DNA of 64,000 bases from Camelus dromedarius (taxonomy: Eukaryota): the NCBI RefSeq assembly GCF_036321535.1, contig NC_087436.1, positions 102,488,001-102,552,000 on the forward strand. Direction: 5' to 3'. Position numbers and translations under genes: made by a program. Positions within the stretch are counted from its first letter, which is position 1; every line of letters begins with the position of its first letter. Below, piece by piece: positions 13,310-26,740 of the stretch. The notes beneath the pieces are model-generated. The model worked only from the letters and a program-made list of their open reading frames with translations. It was not told the DNA's origin and ran no database searches.

Positions 13310-13440
13310 ATTAATATCAGTATTCTCATTTAACAGATGAGGAATCTGAGCTTCAGAGAGGCCATCTTTTGGTCAGAAGTGACAAATGTAATGCTTGAAC
13401 TCAAGTCTATTTGATTCCAAAGTCCATACACTCTCATTAT
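13310..13440 (-). mobile_element. MIR fragment
   Basis: ctcattttaacagatgaggaatctgagcttcagagagg. Confidence 0.7.
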
Positions 13441-13612
13441 TTTAGACACTGTAACAGATTTGGAAGTGATTTTCACATAAATTTCCACCGATTTTTCGAC
13501 ATTATGTAGATGGAAGTGAGATCTAAAGCAAGTGTTGCCTAGATTACATACGCTTCAGTATTAGATGAGATTCAGCATGTATTTACTAGTTTTAAATGTA
13601 AATAAATCACTT

Positions 13613-14410
13613 CACACTTGTTGAATGGTATTTATCCAAAAGACAAGAGGTAAAAAATGATGGTGAGGATGTGGAGAAAAGGGAACCCTTGTCCACTGCT
13701 GGTAGGATTATAAACTATGGAAAACACTATGCAATTTCCTCAAAAAATTAAAAATGGAACTATTATATGATTGAGTAATCTCACTCCTGGATGTATATCT
13801 GGGGGAAATAAAATCATTGCCTGAAGACATACATGAGTCTCTTGTTCATTGCACCTTCATTCACAATAGCCAAGTAACGAAAACGGCCTAAGTGCCTCAG
13901 TGTCCACTGACAGATGAATGGATTAAAAAATAAGGAAATCTTGCCATTTGTGACAATACAGAGTGCATCATGCTTAGTGAAATAAGCCAGAGAGGAAAAG
14001 ATGAGCACTGTATTGTATCACTTACCTATGGAATCTAAAAAAAAAAAAAAAGTTAAACTCATAGAAACAGAGTAAAAACGCTGTTCCCAGGAACTGGGGG
14101 AGGTGGGAGAAATAGGAAGAAGTTGGTAAAAGGGAGCAAGCTTTTAGCTTTAAGATAAATAAGATCTGAGGATCTAATGTAAACTATGGTGAATATAGTT
14201 GATAACACCTTATTGCATACTTGAAATTTGCTAAGAAAATAGAACTTACATGTTCTCACCAAAAAAAAAAAAAAGGATAAATATGTGGGTGATGAATGCA
14301 TTAGTTAATGTGGTGAGAGGAATCCTTTCACAACGTGTATGTATATCAAAACATCACATTGTACACTTTAATGATTTTACAACTTTATTTGTCAAGCCAG
14401 AATAAAATAT
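13613..14410 (+). mobile_element. L1MA9-like 3' end (ORF2 C-terminus plus 3'UTR)
   Basis: gaggatgtggagaaaagggaaccctt..gatctaatgta..ttgaaatttgctaag..tgttctcacc. Confidence 0.85.
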
Positions 14411-14669
14411 ATACATAAATGTAAAGAGAGAAACTAATATGATAGGCTGATGCCTTCTTTTGTTATAACTATTCTAAGATAGGTTCTAGACGGGAACACT
14501 TGAAAGATAAAAATAATTTGTTAAAGCATAATGTGACAGCCTCTTTAAATTCTTTCTTTTAAAATTCTGAGTTGATTTCAGAGACAGGGAAGGGAAATAC
14601 ACAGGAGGTGCTGGGATCAATAGCTCTGCTTACAGGGAGAAAAAGGAGAAGGAAGGACAAAATGAACTA

Positions 14670-14840
14670 CTTTATTAAGGACCAATTTTTACATTTAGTC
14701 ATTTAATTTGTCTGATAACCCTATTTCATTTTACAGATGAGAACAGTAAGACTGAGGGTGATTGGAAATTTTACAAATGACCAGACCCATTTTAGAATTG
14801 TTGAGTTTTAATCGAAGCCCACATGTCCCATTGCTCATGG
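14670..14840 (-). mobile_element. MIR fragment
   Basis: catttaatttgtctgataaccct..cattttacagatgag. Confidence 0.55.
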
Positions 14841-15989
14841 TCTTTTTCAAATTTATATATCTAGGAATTAAATAAAAAATAACAGGACCCCTCTAACACC
14901 ATCCTTTGTACCCTCTGTTGACAAATCTGACCTTCTCAGAGAGATTAGAATGCAGTGATTTATTGATGTTCCTACCTCCTTCAGGGCTTTATTTATTTAT
15001 TTATTTTCTCTTTTATTTAGTGATAACCTTGTTGTTCAGAAATTCATTTCTTTAGTGAGATACACTCTTCTTTAAAGTTTCTAATGTGCATTGGTAGAAA
15101 GAACAATAGTAACAAAACTATTAGTGATCAATATGTTTTAGGCTTTCTTTTGAGCAATTTTTAGTTTTTAGCTTATTTAATTCCCCTATGCCATGTGATT
15201 TACATTGCTTTTATCACCATATCACAGATTAGAATTCTGTAGATTAGAAATATGAAATAACTTCCCCATGACCACCTCCCCCTAGATTCTAATGCAGTGG
15301 ACTCCATGTGTCTTATTGTGTTTACTTAATGAGTTTTTCTGGGAATTAAGAAAGGGAAAAAAAAAATAAAAGACATGACAAAGTGATGATTTATTGTAAA
15401 TGCTCTTTAATGCAAAAGATTCCTTTGATGGAAGTCCCAAACTAAGGGAATTTCTAGTTTCTCAGGAAACATGTCATGTCCCTAAATGAACATACAGCTA
15501 GAGTATATGGTACATGAGATGTATATTGAAATAATCTAATCAAATAACAGTAACAGTTTGGAAGGAAATTGATTATTTTTTATCAGAGTGACACTCAACA
15601 CTATTGGAGAACTGTTTTTCTGCCACGTCTTTTATTGCAGAAAAAATCTAAAATATTTTTAAACATTATTCCATGATAATGTTGACACTTCAATTTTGTC
15701 TGGAATACACAGTCTTTGTTGTGTTATATCTAAACATCTATTTGAGGACTGAGGACAAAAAAAATGTTTACAGAATAGAAATATAATGCATTGTTATGCT
15801 GACTTTTTATGTTTTAGTTTAATTAAATTAAAATTTAGTGTGGATATTTCCTCTGCTGAGAAATAACCTCCTCCAAACATTTTTGGCTATTGAAATGACA
15901 TATTCTCTTGAAAACGTATTTTTCATAGAAAGTAAGCATCTTTAGAATTATTACATGAAATTCAGTAGGAATCAGTTTTATCCACTCAA

Positions 15990-16450
15990 CTTTAATTAAA
16001 CAATAATATTTATTGAGTGCTAATAGGAACTAGATTACAACAGTGAAAAAAAATAGATGAAGAACCTCATATTGATGGGAATGGCAGAGGGAACTAACAA
16101 TAATAAATAGAGTAAACAAGTAGATCTTATTTTGGTTCAAAGTGATAAGTAAAATGGAAACTGCAAGATAAAAGTGGGAACAGATGATTTGTTCTTTCAA
16201 AGAGGATGGACAGAATGGGCCTCATCGAAAATGTGACAGTGAGACCAAGAGTTTAGAAAGGTGGTAGGGAATTGATGTAACATTCATTGTCTTACAAATT
16301 AAAAATTCGAGGTGCTAATAGATTTAAGGTTTTAAGGAGAAGATAGAGACAAATTTGAGTTTTAAAAAGCTGTTTTCTAATGGTGAGTTGGGAATGACTG
16401 GATGGAAGGCAAAATTAGAAGCAGAAGGATATAATGAGATGCTATCCCCC
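15990..16450 (-). mobile_element. L2 3' fragment
   Basis: caataatatttattgagtgc followed by antisense L2 purine-rich text. Confidence 0.65.
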
Positions 16451-19400
16451 AGGCAACAAAATCGATCAAGCAGAACAGCCGCAGGAGCCAGGAGCACCTA
16501 AGAATAAGCAGAGTGGAGACAACAGCCTCTGCCTTTACGAAGCTTACACATAATCTAGCTGTTTCAAGCCATTAGCATCCTCTGTTGAGGTGACACAGAG
16601 TTCCGCATCAACTTTCTCCCAAGCCAGGTCCGTATGTTCTCGCCCAGTGCTGTCTGTATTTTCCACTCATCTGCCAAAGTTTCACCTAATAGACTGAGAC
16701 ACTATTGATGATTACTAAATCAAAATATTGTCACTCTCCCATGCTACCATAAAAACATTATCTATTTTAACATTTTTCTGGTATCTTTGAACCAATGGCT
16801 ATTTAGAAAGTGTCATACACATGCAAATTAAGGGGAGGCTCATTGCACAAATAATATTTGGGGAAACAGATCTAGAGAACATTGATTCATTCATTTATCA
16901 GTATTCTTTAAAAGTGAAGTTGTTCAAATAGCTTCCAATTTAACTAAATATTGTCAACCTGCTCACATGTTTCCCTCTTGTTCATGAAAATGTCATCAGA
17001 GATTCTGCTGGATGCCTTTTTCAAACACAGCTATACCAACAGCAGGTAGCAAACTAGGGTTCTAATTTAATGGAGGAAAAATATTCTGAGAGACTAATTT
17101 CTATTAAGGTGTAGTTTGCTTTTGCCCTTATAAAATTTGAAAGATCTGCTTCCTCATTCCTTTCCACAGGCAGCAGTCACTTTTTCAACTCTGGAATTCT
17201 TGATCAGAATGCTGAAATACAACGCTAAGAAGAAAATACATAGAAATGCATACTCACAGTGACACATGTCTGTAATTTCAACCTCTGTTAAATGTCAGTT
17301 TTAGTTCAAGAAAATCTAAATATATCTGAATTGATTGAGGATTAGCACAAAGAGTAAGAATTAAAAACTATTTATGCTCAATGCATATAATTTAAGTATT
17401 TGTTTCTGGGAAGAATAACAACTTATGTAACAACAACAAAAAAAAGACTCACTTATGAGAAATTTTAGGTCATTTTCCCTAAACAATTCTACGGTGTTTG
17501 CCAAAAATGATATAGAAATTAAATGTTGCTTTTACTGCATTATTCTGAGTATTACTCTCAAACTTCTATTAAGTTTTCACTGAACCTAAATAGGTTTTAC
17601 TTTTCCTTCAAATATTTCATTTCAACAACTTTAAAAAAGAATAGGCTTGGCAGAATGATAACTCAAAAAATTATCTTACATATAATAAACTATTTCCCAC
17701 TTATTAAAAATGCAAAACAAATAAAAAATAAAATACATATATATATATACTATATATATTTCTATTTAAATATCATCTCTTATTAACTAATAGTCTCATG
17801 ATAGTTAATTAAATGTTGCTCCATAATTTTTGATGTTGGAAAATACTGTAATTATTCCCACATTTTAATTTTAAAAATTATACAGAGAGCAATAGGTCAA
17901 ATGTTTACTAGTTAAGATCTTTTTGATAAAATTATAGAGATTTAAATATTCAGGAGATAGTAAGTACATTAGGATAAATGTAAGAAGTAATGACAAAATC
18001 TTAGTTGCTTATAACATTAAAATAATTTTTTTACACCGCAGTCCAGTGTGAGTAATTAGAGGGATCTGGTGTATAAACTCCTTTAGATGCCCAAACTTTT
18101 TCCATTTGTTGCCACAGCAACATGCGCATTGGTCAGAAGTAGTGACTGTCCCCTTTAAGAAACAAAGGGCCAGGAGAATATAGTCAAATATGCCACCAAA
18201 AAGAGGAACACAGGGTTTTAGGAAATACCAACAGTTAGTCCCTGTCATGGTAATGGCATGGTAACTAATTCTGGGTAGGACTCAATGTACGGCCCTATCT
18301 AGTTACTTATAAATCTACTGGTATGTTCTCCTCTCTTATGTCACCTCTGCAAACTGATCATTTCAGCTTCACTAATCCCTCAAACCACTTCCAATCCAAA
18401 ACCTCTGGTTCTTATTCTAACATCCATATTAGCTGAAAACAAAAAAATTAATCTTAGTGATTAACCACTTTTAACTAAGAGAAATGAAACAATTTTATTT
18501 GCAATTTTAATAATTTATTTGGACAGTTTTAAAATAAGTGTTGCTCAGATTTATCAGTGAGGAGTGCAGCAATCTAAAACCAAAAAGTATGAATCTTTTA
18601 TTCTTGCTTGTTTATTTCCATTTGTTTTCATAATGGTGAATGGATTCACTATTGCCAGTTTGCAATAGTCTTAACACTTCAGGTTTTATTTATATCCAGA
18701 TGTTAAAGTTGACAAAAATACAGCATATAGGTTGCATTATTTCCTGAAATCACAATTAACAAACAGAAGAGGCAGGGCTCCAAATAGAGGCTGCAATCAC
18801 TGTAATTCCTAATGCCATATTTTTAATTATTTCTGTTAAATTCACCTACCAATATGTTCAAAAATATTCCTAAGTGCTTATTACATGGCAGTCACTATTC
18901 CTGGTGTTATTGATGCCAAGATAAATATCATACAGAGCTCACCCTTCTGGAACTTATATTCTCTTCAATGGCTGTCACTGATACTTTTTATATAAAACCA
19001 TGACCCTCAGGCATTCCAGGTCAATGTCTACAATCTCATTCTATCTTTGCATACACAAAGTGGAATATTTAATTAACTAAAAATATATGTAACCTGGATT
19101 ATAGTCATTCGCTAAATTGGGCAATCAAACATCAATTTCAGTCTTCACAATTAGCAGACAGATATTTGGTTGAAAGTTTCCATTTATAACATTATATGTT
19201 GCATGGGTCAAAGTACTAACTGGCTAAATATACTTACATTTATGCTCATTTATCTCCCTTTATTTCAAGTGATAAAAATGCATCTCAGACTAGTATGGGG
19301 GTAGGCACAGAGTAAGCGTGCATAAACAGGAAAGGTACCTGGGCTAGCTGAGAAGACTGTAACCTGGAACAAATTTCCATAGTCTCTCCCTCAAAGCATC

Positions 19401-20405
19401 TTGTCTCTACAGTCAGCATTAGGCTCAAAGCCTCATAGGATGGTTACTAGAGAGAAAATGACGTTTTACTCCACTCTAGATTGCAAACCCTGGAGCATCT
19501 GAAAATACTCCAGTAATACTGACTAGTCTACTGATCAATGATCAATTCTTAGATCAACAGTATGACCAGATATTTGATACATTTCATACTGCTGGTCCAG
19601 CTTGGCTTTATGTATTCTCCTGCCAAGAAATGGAAGTGATTGGATGAGTTCTCTCTTTGGTAGCCACCGTTACAACATCACTTCATTGATGTTGTGGGTT
19701 GGTGGGTAGGTGGGTAAGTGGGGGTGGGGTGTTGGGGTGACTGGAGAACTTCCCTAGTGTATAAAAATATTTGACATATGGAAGATCATCAATAACTCTC
19801 AAACACTGTTTTTAAATGACAACATTCAGCATTTTGAAGAAACATACAAATGAGGAAATTTCTTTTAAATATACAGAAATGAAGTCTTCTTTGAAAAATA
19901 ATGTGTTTGTTTTTCTTGGTTGCATTTTGATGATGCAGATCCTAGTCAGAAAAATAAACAAAGAGCCTTTGCCCAGAGTTTTGTGATCAAACTATACACT
20001 TAATCTAGGACCTTCAGAATGACAGTGAATTAATGTGGAGGTCTCCCAGGACTCAGTTTATACTCCATATTCCTTTGGAAGAAACAACTATGCCACAGTC
20101 AAGTTTAATCAAAATTTTGTTAAAATCAACATGGCCCATAAGTCCAAGATCAGTTTTATCTATGTTTGTAAAAATTCTTTCAAGGGATTGGTTTAGTGCT
20201 AATGCCATCACAGGTGGAAGATTAAAGCGTAATCCCCTGCCAATGGAGCTAACTCCTCTTGGTTCCTTGCTTTTTCTGACTGTGGTTAAACACAGTTATT
20301 TGGCATTTATAAATGAATCAATAATTCCCCTTATTCAACTCTTCTCCTTTCCTTATTCCTTTCAGAATAATTCCTCTTTACTTTTCCCTTTCAAATATTC
20401 ATCTC

Positions 20406-20674
20406 TTTCTCCTTTTAGGGAAAGGTGGAGCTGTAAAGGGATACATTGAGAGTACTAATCACTATGTATAAAGTAGATAAATAGCAAGGTCCTACTGTGT
20501 AGCACAGGCAACTATATTCAACATCCTGTAATAGCCTATAGTGAATAAGAAAACGAAAAAGAAAATATATACATATGTATAACTGAATCATTATGCTGTA
20601 CACCAGAAATTGACACAACATTGTGAACTGACTATACTTCAATAAAAAAAGGGGAAAAAAAGAAAAACAGAAAA
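20406..20674 (+). mobile_element. Short 5'-truncated young L1 3' end with A-rich tail and 14-bp TSD
   Basis: L1 3'UTR (aaggtcctactgtgtagcacagg..tgctgtacaccagaaattgacacaacattgt..aataaa); TSD caaatattcatctc at 20392-20405 and 20675-20688. Confidence 0.9.
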
Positions 20675-20829
20675 CAAATATTCATCTCAAAGCAAGACAG
20701 TATTATAGAATACGAGGAGTTACTTGAAAATAATATACAGTTTAATGTTAAAATTCTATGGAAATAACATTAATGGCAAATGCTTTTTATGAAATGGATA
20801 ACTGGAAGTGATAAGAAGTTCTTGTAGAA

Positions 20830-21502
20830 ATCTTGGCAAGGATGTGGAGAAAAGGGAAACCTTGTCCTCTGTAGGTGGAAATGTAAATTGGTGCAGCCAC
20901 TGTGGAAAACATTATGGAGATTTCTCAGAAAACTAAAAATAGAACTACCATATAACCCAGCAATTCTCCTCTTGGGTATGTATCTGAAAAACCAAACCTC
21001 TCATTCTAAAAGATACAATCACCACAATGTTCATAGCAGCACTATTAAGACATGGAAGCAACTTAAGTATCCATTGACAGATGAATAGATAAAAAAGATG
21101 TAGTATATATACTCAATGGAATACTTCTCAGCCATAAAAAAGGATGAGATTTTGCTATTTGCAGCAGCATGGATGGACTTGGAGGACATTACTCTAAGTG
21201 AAGTAAGTCAGACAGAGACAGATAAATACTGTATGATATCACTTATATGTAGAATATTAAAAAATACAAAAACTAGTGAATATAAGATAAAAGAAGCAGA
21301 CTCAAAGATATAGAGAACAAACTAATGGTTACCACTTGAGGGGCAACATAGGGGTGGGGGAATGGTGGGTACAGACTATTGGGTGTAAGATAGACTCAAG
21401 AATGTATTGTATTACATGGAGAATATAGCCAACACTTTGTAATAACTGTAAGTGGAAAATAACCTTTAAAATTGTATAAAATTTTTTGAAAAATTTAAAA
21501 AA
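20830..21502 (+). mobile_element. L1 3' end (L1_Art-like 3'UTR)
   Basis: ORF2 C-terminus [25 protein letters not shown] and WMDLEDITLSEVSQ; 3'UTR gtacagactattgggtgtaagatagactcaag. Confidence 0.88.
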
Positions 21503-22109
21503 GGAGATCATACAGACTATCATATTCGATTTTTTTTTCCCAAAGTCTCACTGGGGTATCTACTCAGATAGCCTCTTTCAATCTTGAAAATGTTAGCTTT
21601 CATGAACAGTTTGCCTCATTGTTCTTGTTTTAAAGTCATTTTTCTCTTGTGCTGCACCTCCTTTAATTTTTTAAAAAATTGATAATGAAATGAGTGAATT
21701 TCCTAAAGACCTACAAAATCTGGCATTTAAAAGAAGTTAGTATAGAGACATTTTGAACTATAAAATTATCATAACAGCTCACATTTGTATAGCACTTTAC
21801 AATTTAAAAACACCTTTAGTGTATTTTGTGTAGTTTGATTCTCAAGTTAAAGCTGAGAAATGAATAAAGAATCTCCTAATCATCTCAATTTTAAAGATAA
21901 AAATTTGAGGCCCATCTCAGTGACTTCTTAAACCCTAGTCTATATTAAATTTGCAGGATATTTGTTTGACTAAATTTTATCCCAAATCTCTCTTTCATTC
22001 ATATTGCCACACTGCCTTAGGTGTAATACTTCTTAACTTTATGATTAAAATGAAATTATTTGATGCATTCTTCATATGTGAAATGAGCCCTTTATGAAAA
22101 CACTGTTTA

Positions 22110-22300
22110 ATAATAGTAACTTTTGCCATTTATTAAATTTTTGGCAAGCACTTTTAAGTGCTTTATTAACATTATCTCATTTGATACATAAAACACAAGG
22201 TTACTTTTTTCAGTGAGAAAACTGCTGTTTGGAGAAACTAAGTATATTAGCCCAAGTTATATAAGTAGCAAACAGAGCTGGAATTTGAACATGGTCAAAT
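22110..22300 (-). mobile_element. MIR fragment
   Basis: gcaagcacttttaagtgcttta..tgagaaaactg..agagctggaatttgaac. Confidence 0.65.
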
Positions 22301-24799
22301 CGTCTGTGTGTTTCCAGTTAGATATATCAACAACTGAAATAAACTGGTCATACTATTTAATTTCATAAAGATCAACATTATAAATTTCCTGAATACAATA
22401 TTATTTGTATATCAGATGCTACTCACAAATGAGGCATGGCCACCTCTCTCACATCTGATAATTGTTCATTTTTTTCTCTAGGAAAATTTACAGACTAGAA
22501 AGAGCATTTTACCTAATAAATATTTTAAAACATTAACAAAAAAATGACAGCTAACTAGAGAGCTAACCACTAATCTAGAAAGAATATTAAAAGAAATCTA
22601 AGATACATTTGTAGGAGGGAGACTCAAAAACTTGAGCTAATGTTGGCAGCCAAACATTTTGACACCAGCAAGTGGAGCTTAGCCCCGAACTTCAGGGCAC
22701 AGAAGGGAGCAGCCAACCCACTTAACACTTCCGTAGTGACATACGAACTAAAACTGAAATCTGCCTCCTGTAACCCATCTTTTCATTTTTTTTCTAGAAC
22801 TCTCACAAAAATGATCAGTTCCATTCATCTATCAATCAGATACCTCACTGCCTCCCATCTGGACTGTAAATAGCCGAGCCTCATTATCCTTGATAGAACA
22901 CTTGAACTGTTAGGTCATACCCCTCCCTCACTGATGGTGCTGTATCTTCTCATTTGATTGTGTTTTATTCCACTTTTTCTAAATTGTAGTCATGCATCCA
23001 TTATATTGAGCCCCAGATCATCTTATCACTTTGTTGTATCTCTCCAGGATTTCCCAGGTTGCCTCCTGAACACACACATCTATACACATTCCTTTTAATC
23101 ACTGTTTCCTTGACAGTTTTTTCTGCATCGTCCTTTCTCACTAACAACTATAACCAGAAAAATTGTTAGTGAATGACTATCCCTTACATGCCCGACAGAA
23201 ATACAATCCACTGGTACAGTTCTAAATAATGTTTTAATTGCTACATGATATTCAAAATGCATGTAACACAGTCAACTATTCCCTAATGCTGAGCATTTGT
23301 TTTGTTTCTAACATTCTGCTAATCTAAAAATAAAAGTCAATTTTTATGTGTGTGTTTATATATGACTATTTTCTGTTTATACATATCTCTAACTCTATGT
23401 ATGTATACACACACACGTGTGTGTGTATAATCATGGGTGCCATTTTAAAAATAATTGTTGACTTGCTGTATCACTATGTTTCTATATCGTACAAGGTGTA
23501 ATTGTGAAGAAGCCACATAATTCTATTAACAGTTTTCCTCACAATCTTTTTCCCCACATCTCTGTCCACTAACAGGGTGTGTGGACTGTTTGTAATAGTC
23601 TAACCTCGTATTTTGACTTTTACAGGGCAAGTTCTTCAATAAATTTTTGACCATTTGTTTGACTTTAAAGCTCTGCATTAGCTGAGCTATGAAAGTAACA
23701 TGCATAGAAAGGATCCTTATAATAACAGAGAATTTTAGGTTGCAAATAACTTCCTTCTGCATTATTCATTTGGCTTTCACCATCTTTTAATGCAAATGTA
23801 GTGTAAGGAAAGCAGCGCAATGACGTCCACCTTATGGTAGAGGACACAGAGCCGTGAAGAAATCAGTTCCTTGCACAAGGGCAGAGGAATTGGGATGAGG
23901 AACGAAACCTTTTTTTTTTTGTATCTTGCAGCTACATATTCTAGAAACACAAAGGGAACAGCTTTACCAATTGCCAAAAATAGGTAACAGCCCATATAAA
24001 ATTTACTTTATTTTATTCACTGTGGGTTAGATGTTTTTACAGTCTGTAAAACATATGATTAGAAAATTATCTTTCTAGTTACTCACAGAATATTAAATCT
24101 AACAGGGACATAAGAGATCTAGTCTTCCCCTTAAATTCTATATATGACAGCAAAGGGGCAAGAGAATTTTGATTCTCTCTGTTTTTTGTTAGCTAGTCAG
24201 TACCCCACTAGCATTAAAAGACTGGTCTCCTGACTCCAAGCCCAGTGTTTTTAATCCTATTCCCCCATTGAGTTTACTCCTTTAAAAACTAAGTTGCTTT
24301 CCATTCAGACAGGACAAAACAATTAACCTCATCAGAAAGAGAGTTACTTTTATGCCTAAAGCATACTGATGGATTTTGATTGGTAACCTAAGGCAGAATG
24401 GACCACAATTCTATTACTAATCTAATGAACTATCCATTACTACACTAGACAACTTTTATCATCTTTTAATGCAAATGAGTCACTGTTCAATACTGCTGCT
24501 AAGTGCATGTCTCATAGCATTAACCGGTTGACTGGACCCTTACATAAAAATGAATATTTCATTTTGATAATACAAAAAATCAACATTTCTTGGGATGTTT
24601 GCTGCCCCTCCAAATGAAAAAAAATGTCATTATCCCATAAGCTATAGTTTTGATTTGCAATTTCTCTCTTTAGGCAAATTTACGGAAAAGACTTACCTAC
24701 ATCTGCATTACTTCTCTAAAAGGCATAGTTAAAATTATTAACCTCTTTAACAACTTAATGATTTTTAATATTTTCAAATTGGAGATGTTTCTCACCTAA

Positions 24800-25230
24800 A
24801 GAATTCATTCATCTAAAAGTATAGCCAGAAGTAAGTATTCCAAACTAATACACCACTGGTGTACAGGCATGTGCCATGGGTTCTGCCTGTCATATAATCA
24901 AATGGGAAGAATCAGTCTTTCCAGCACCTTCCTGGCAAAGGGAACAGAAAGAGTATTTTTTAGAAGCAACAGTGGCCAAGGCCTAGTGGTAACATTTGTG
25001 TATGTGATTCTAGGTGTCTACATGAGGCAGTAGCATCTCACTGGGCCCCAAAGGAACCATCTAATGGTATGATTTGGCTATTATTCCTGGCTACATAACC
25101 CCAAAGCCTATTTCTTTGTCTTTTGGGAGATTCTGTGAGCTAGCTAACATTCTTTATCATATTAACTGTCTCAAAAACCTAGCTGTAAGGGATTTCTATT
25201 TTTTTGCAACTAAGACCTCCAGCTGATATA
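24800..25230 (+). mobile_element. LTR33-like ERVL LTR
   Basis: gggagattctgtgagctagctaa..gatttctattttttgcaactaagacc resembles the LTR33 3' end. Confidence 0.55.
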
Positions 25231-25775
25231 AAGAGTAACAAATCAAGGCACTGTGTCCCTCAGAGCTGTCATCACCTATATAGATTGTCAAGCAATTTCA
25301 TTAATTTCATAAACTACAATGTTTTTTGGCTACGTTCTGTGTTTTATGTGAAAAAGGCAGTGGGAATTTTAAAAGGCCCTAAGTCTGAAGTTGTTAACAG
25401 TCTAGAAAAGTAGACAAATACATATTTAATTACTGTATAGCATGATATGTTCTATGATAATGCAAATATCAGGGTATTCTAGAAGCAGAGAAGACCCCAA
25501 AATTTAGTCTGGATTTTGGGAAAATGTGTAGTATTTACCCAAGTGCAAAATACTTAGAAAAAGCATCTTATGAGGACAAAAGAGTATAAGGAAACTCACA
25601 TAGATTGAAAGTGAACGATGTATTGACAATGTTGTGTGTAGTTATGTAATGTAGAAGTCATAGGATAGAATTAAAATAGCAGAGAGTGAAGGAGAGCAGT
25701 AGAAGGCAGTTTGAGACCAGATAATGAAGATGATGAAGGCCCTTAAAAATATTCTAATGAATTTGAATATATTCT

Positions 25776-26275
25776 ATGGTAGGCTGAATAATGGCCCCTC
25801 CCAAGATGCCTACATCCTCATCCCTAGAATCTGTGAATGTATTACCTAACATGGTCAAAATAATTTTACAGATATGATTAAATTAAAGATCTTGAGATGG
25901 GGAGATTATCCCTTATTAACTAGGGTATGTAATATTAATATATTCCCCTATATTATGAATTATATTAACTGTAATCATGGAGTCCCTTGAAAAGGAATGC
26001 AGGAGAATTTGTGTCAGTAGCAAGAAATATGACAACAGTAGCAAGAGGTCAGAGGGATGCTCCCAATGGTCCAAGAGTCAAAGAACGAGCGAGCCTCTAG
26101 AATCTGAGAAAGACAAGGAAATTGACTTTCCCCTGATGTCTCTGAAAAGAACATAGCCCTGTTACCACCTTGATTTTAGATTTCTGACCTCCAGAACCAT
26201 AAAAGAATAAATGTGGGTTGTTTTAAGCTGCTAAATTTGTGAAATTTTGTTACAGTAGCCATGGGAAATTAACAC
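25776..26275 (+). mobile_element. MLT1D-like MaLR LTR inserted in L2
   Basis: ggtaggctgaataatggcccc..gatcttgagatggggagattatcc..ctgacctccagaac..agaataaatg..ggaaattaacaca; L2-like text on both sides. Confidence 0.88.
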
Positions 26276-26569
26276 ATATACCTTAGAAGGAAAGGGAACA
26301 TTATTAACATTTGTAATTCAAGTGAGAAATATGCCAGATTCTCATTTTATAAAGCAGAGTTGAGTGAAGCATAAAGGCTTAATTAGAAGGACATTCAGAG
26401 TTAGGAAATACAGGTGGTCTTTGCAATAATTAGATTAAATTCTCTGGAAATGAGAAAAGAAAAGAAGGGACTATCATGAAAGATGTCATAATGGTAGAAT
26501 GTGTTGATATCAGAAATATAACATGCTAAACAAGAGAAAGATCTCCAAGTTATAAAATACATCATGTAA

Positions 26570-26740
26570 AGTAAAATAAACACAACATAGGCAGTGCTGT
26601 GCTAAGAACTTTGCATGCATTGCTATATTTGTTTCTTATGTGAGCTCCATGAGCTGGATATTATTATCACTATCCAATTTTAAAAAAGAAAATTGCAAAT
26701 TAGCCCAACCGAGTAACTTGTCACAAATCATAGAGCAACT
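26570..26740 (-). mobile_element. MIR fragment
   Basis: ggcagtgctgtgctaagaactttgcatgcatt..tattattatc..gagtaacttg. Confidence 0.65.

Noticed and set aside
17150..17170. Strong acceptor-like cctcattcctttccacag|g
   Set aside because: No convincing downstream donor or poly(A) context.
20033..20449. 138-aa ORF
   Set aside because: Runs through a pyrimidine-rich tract into an L1 insertion; no recognisable domain.
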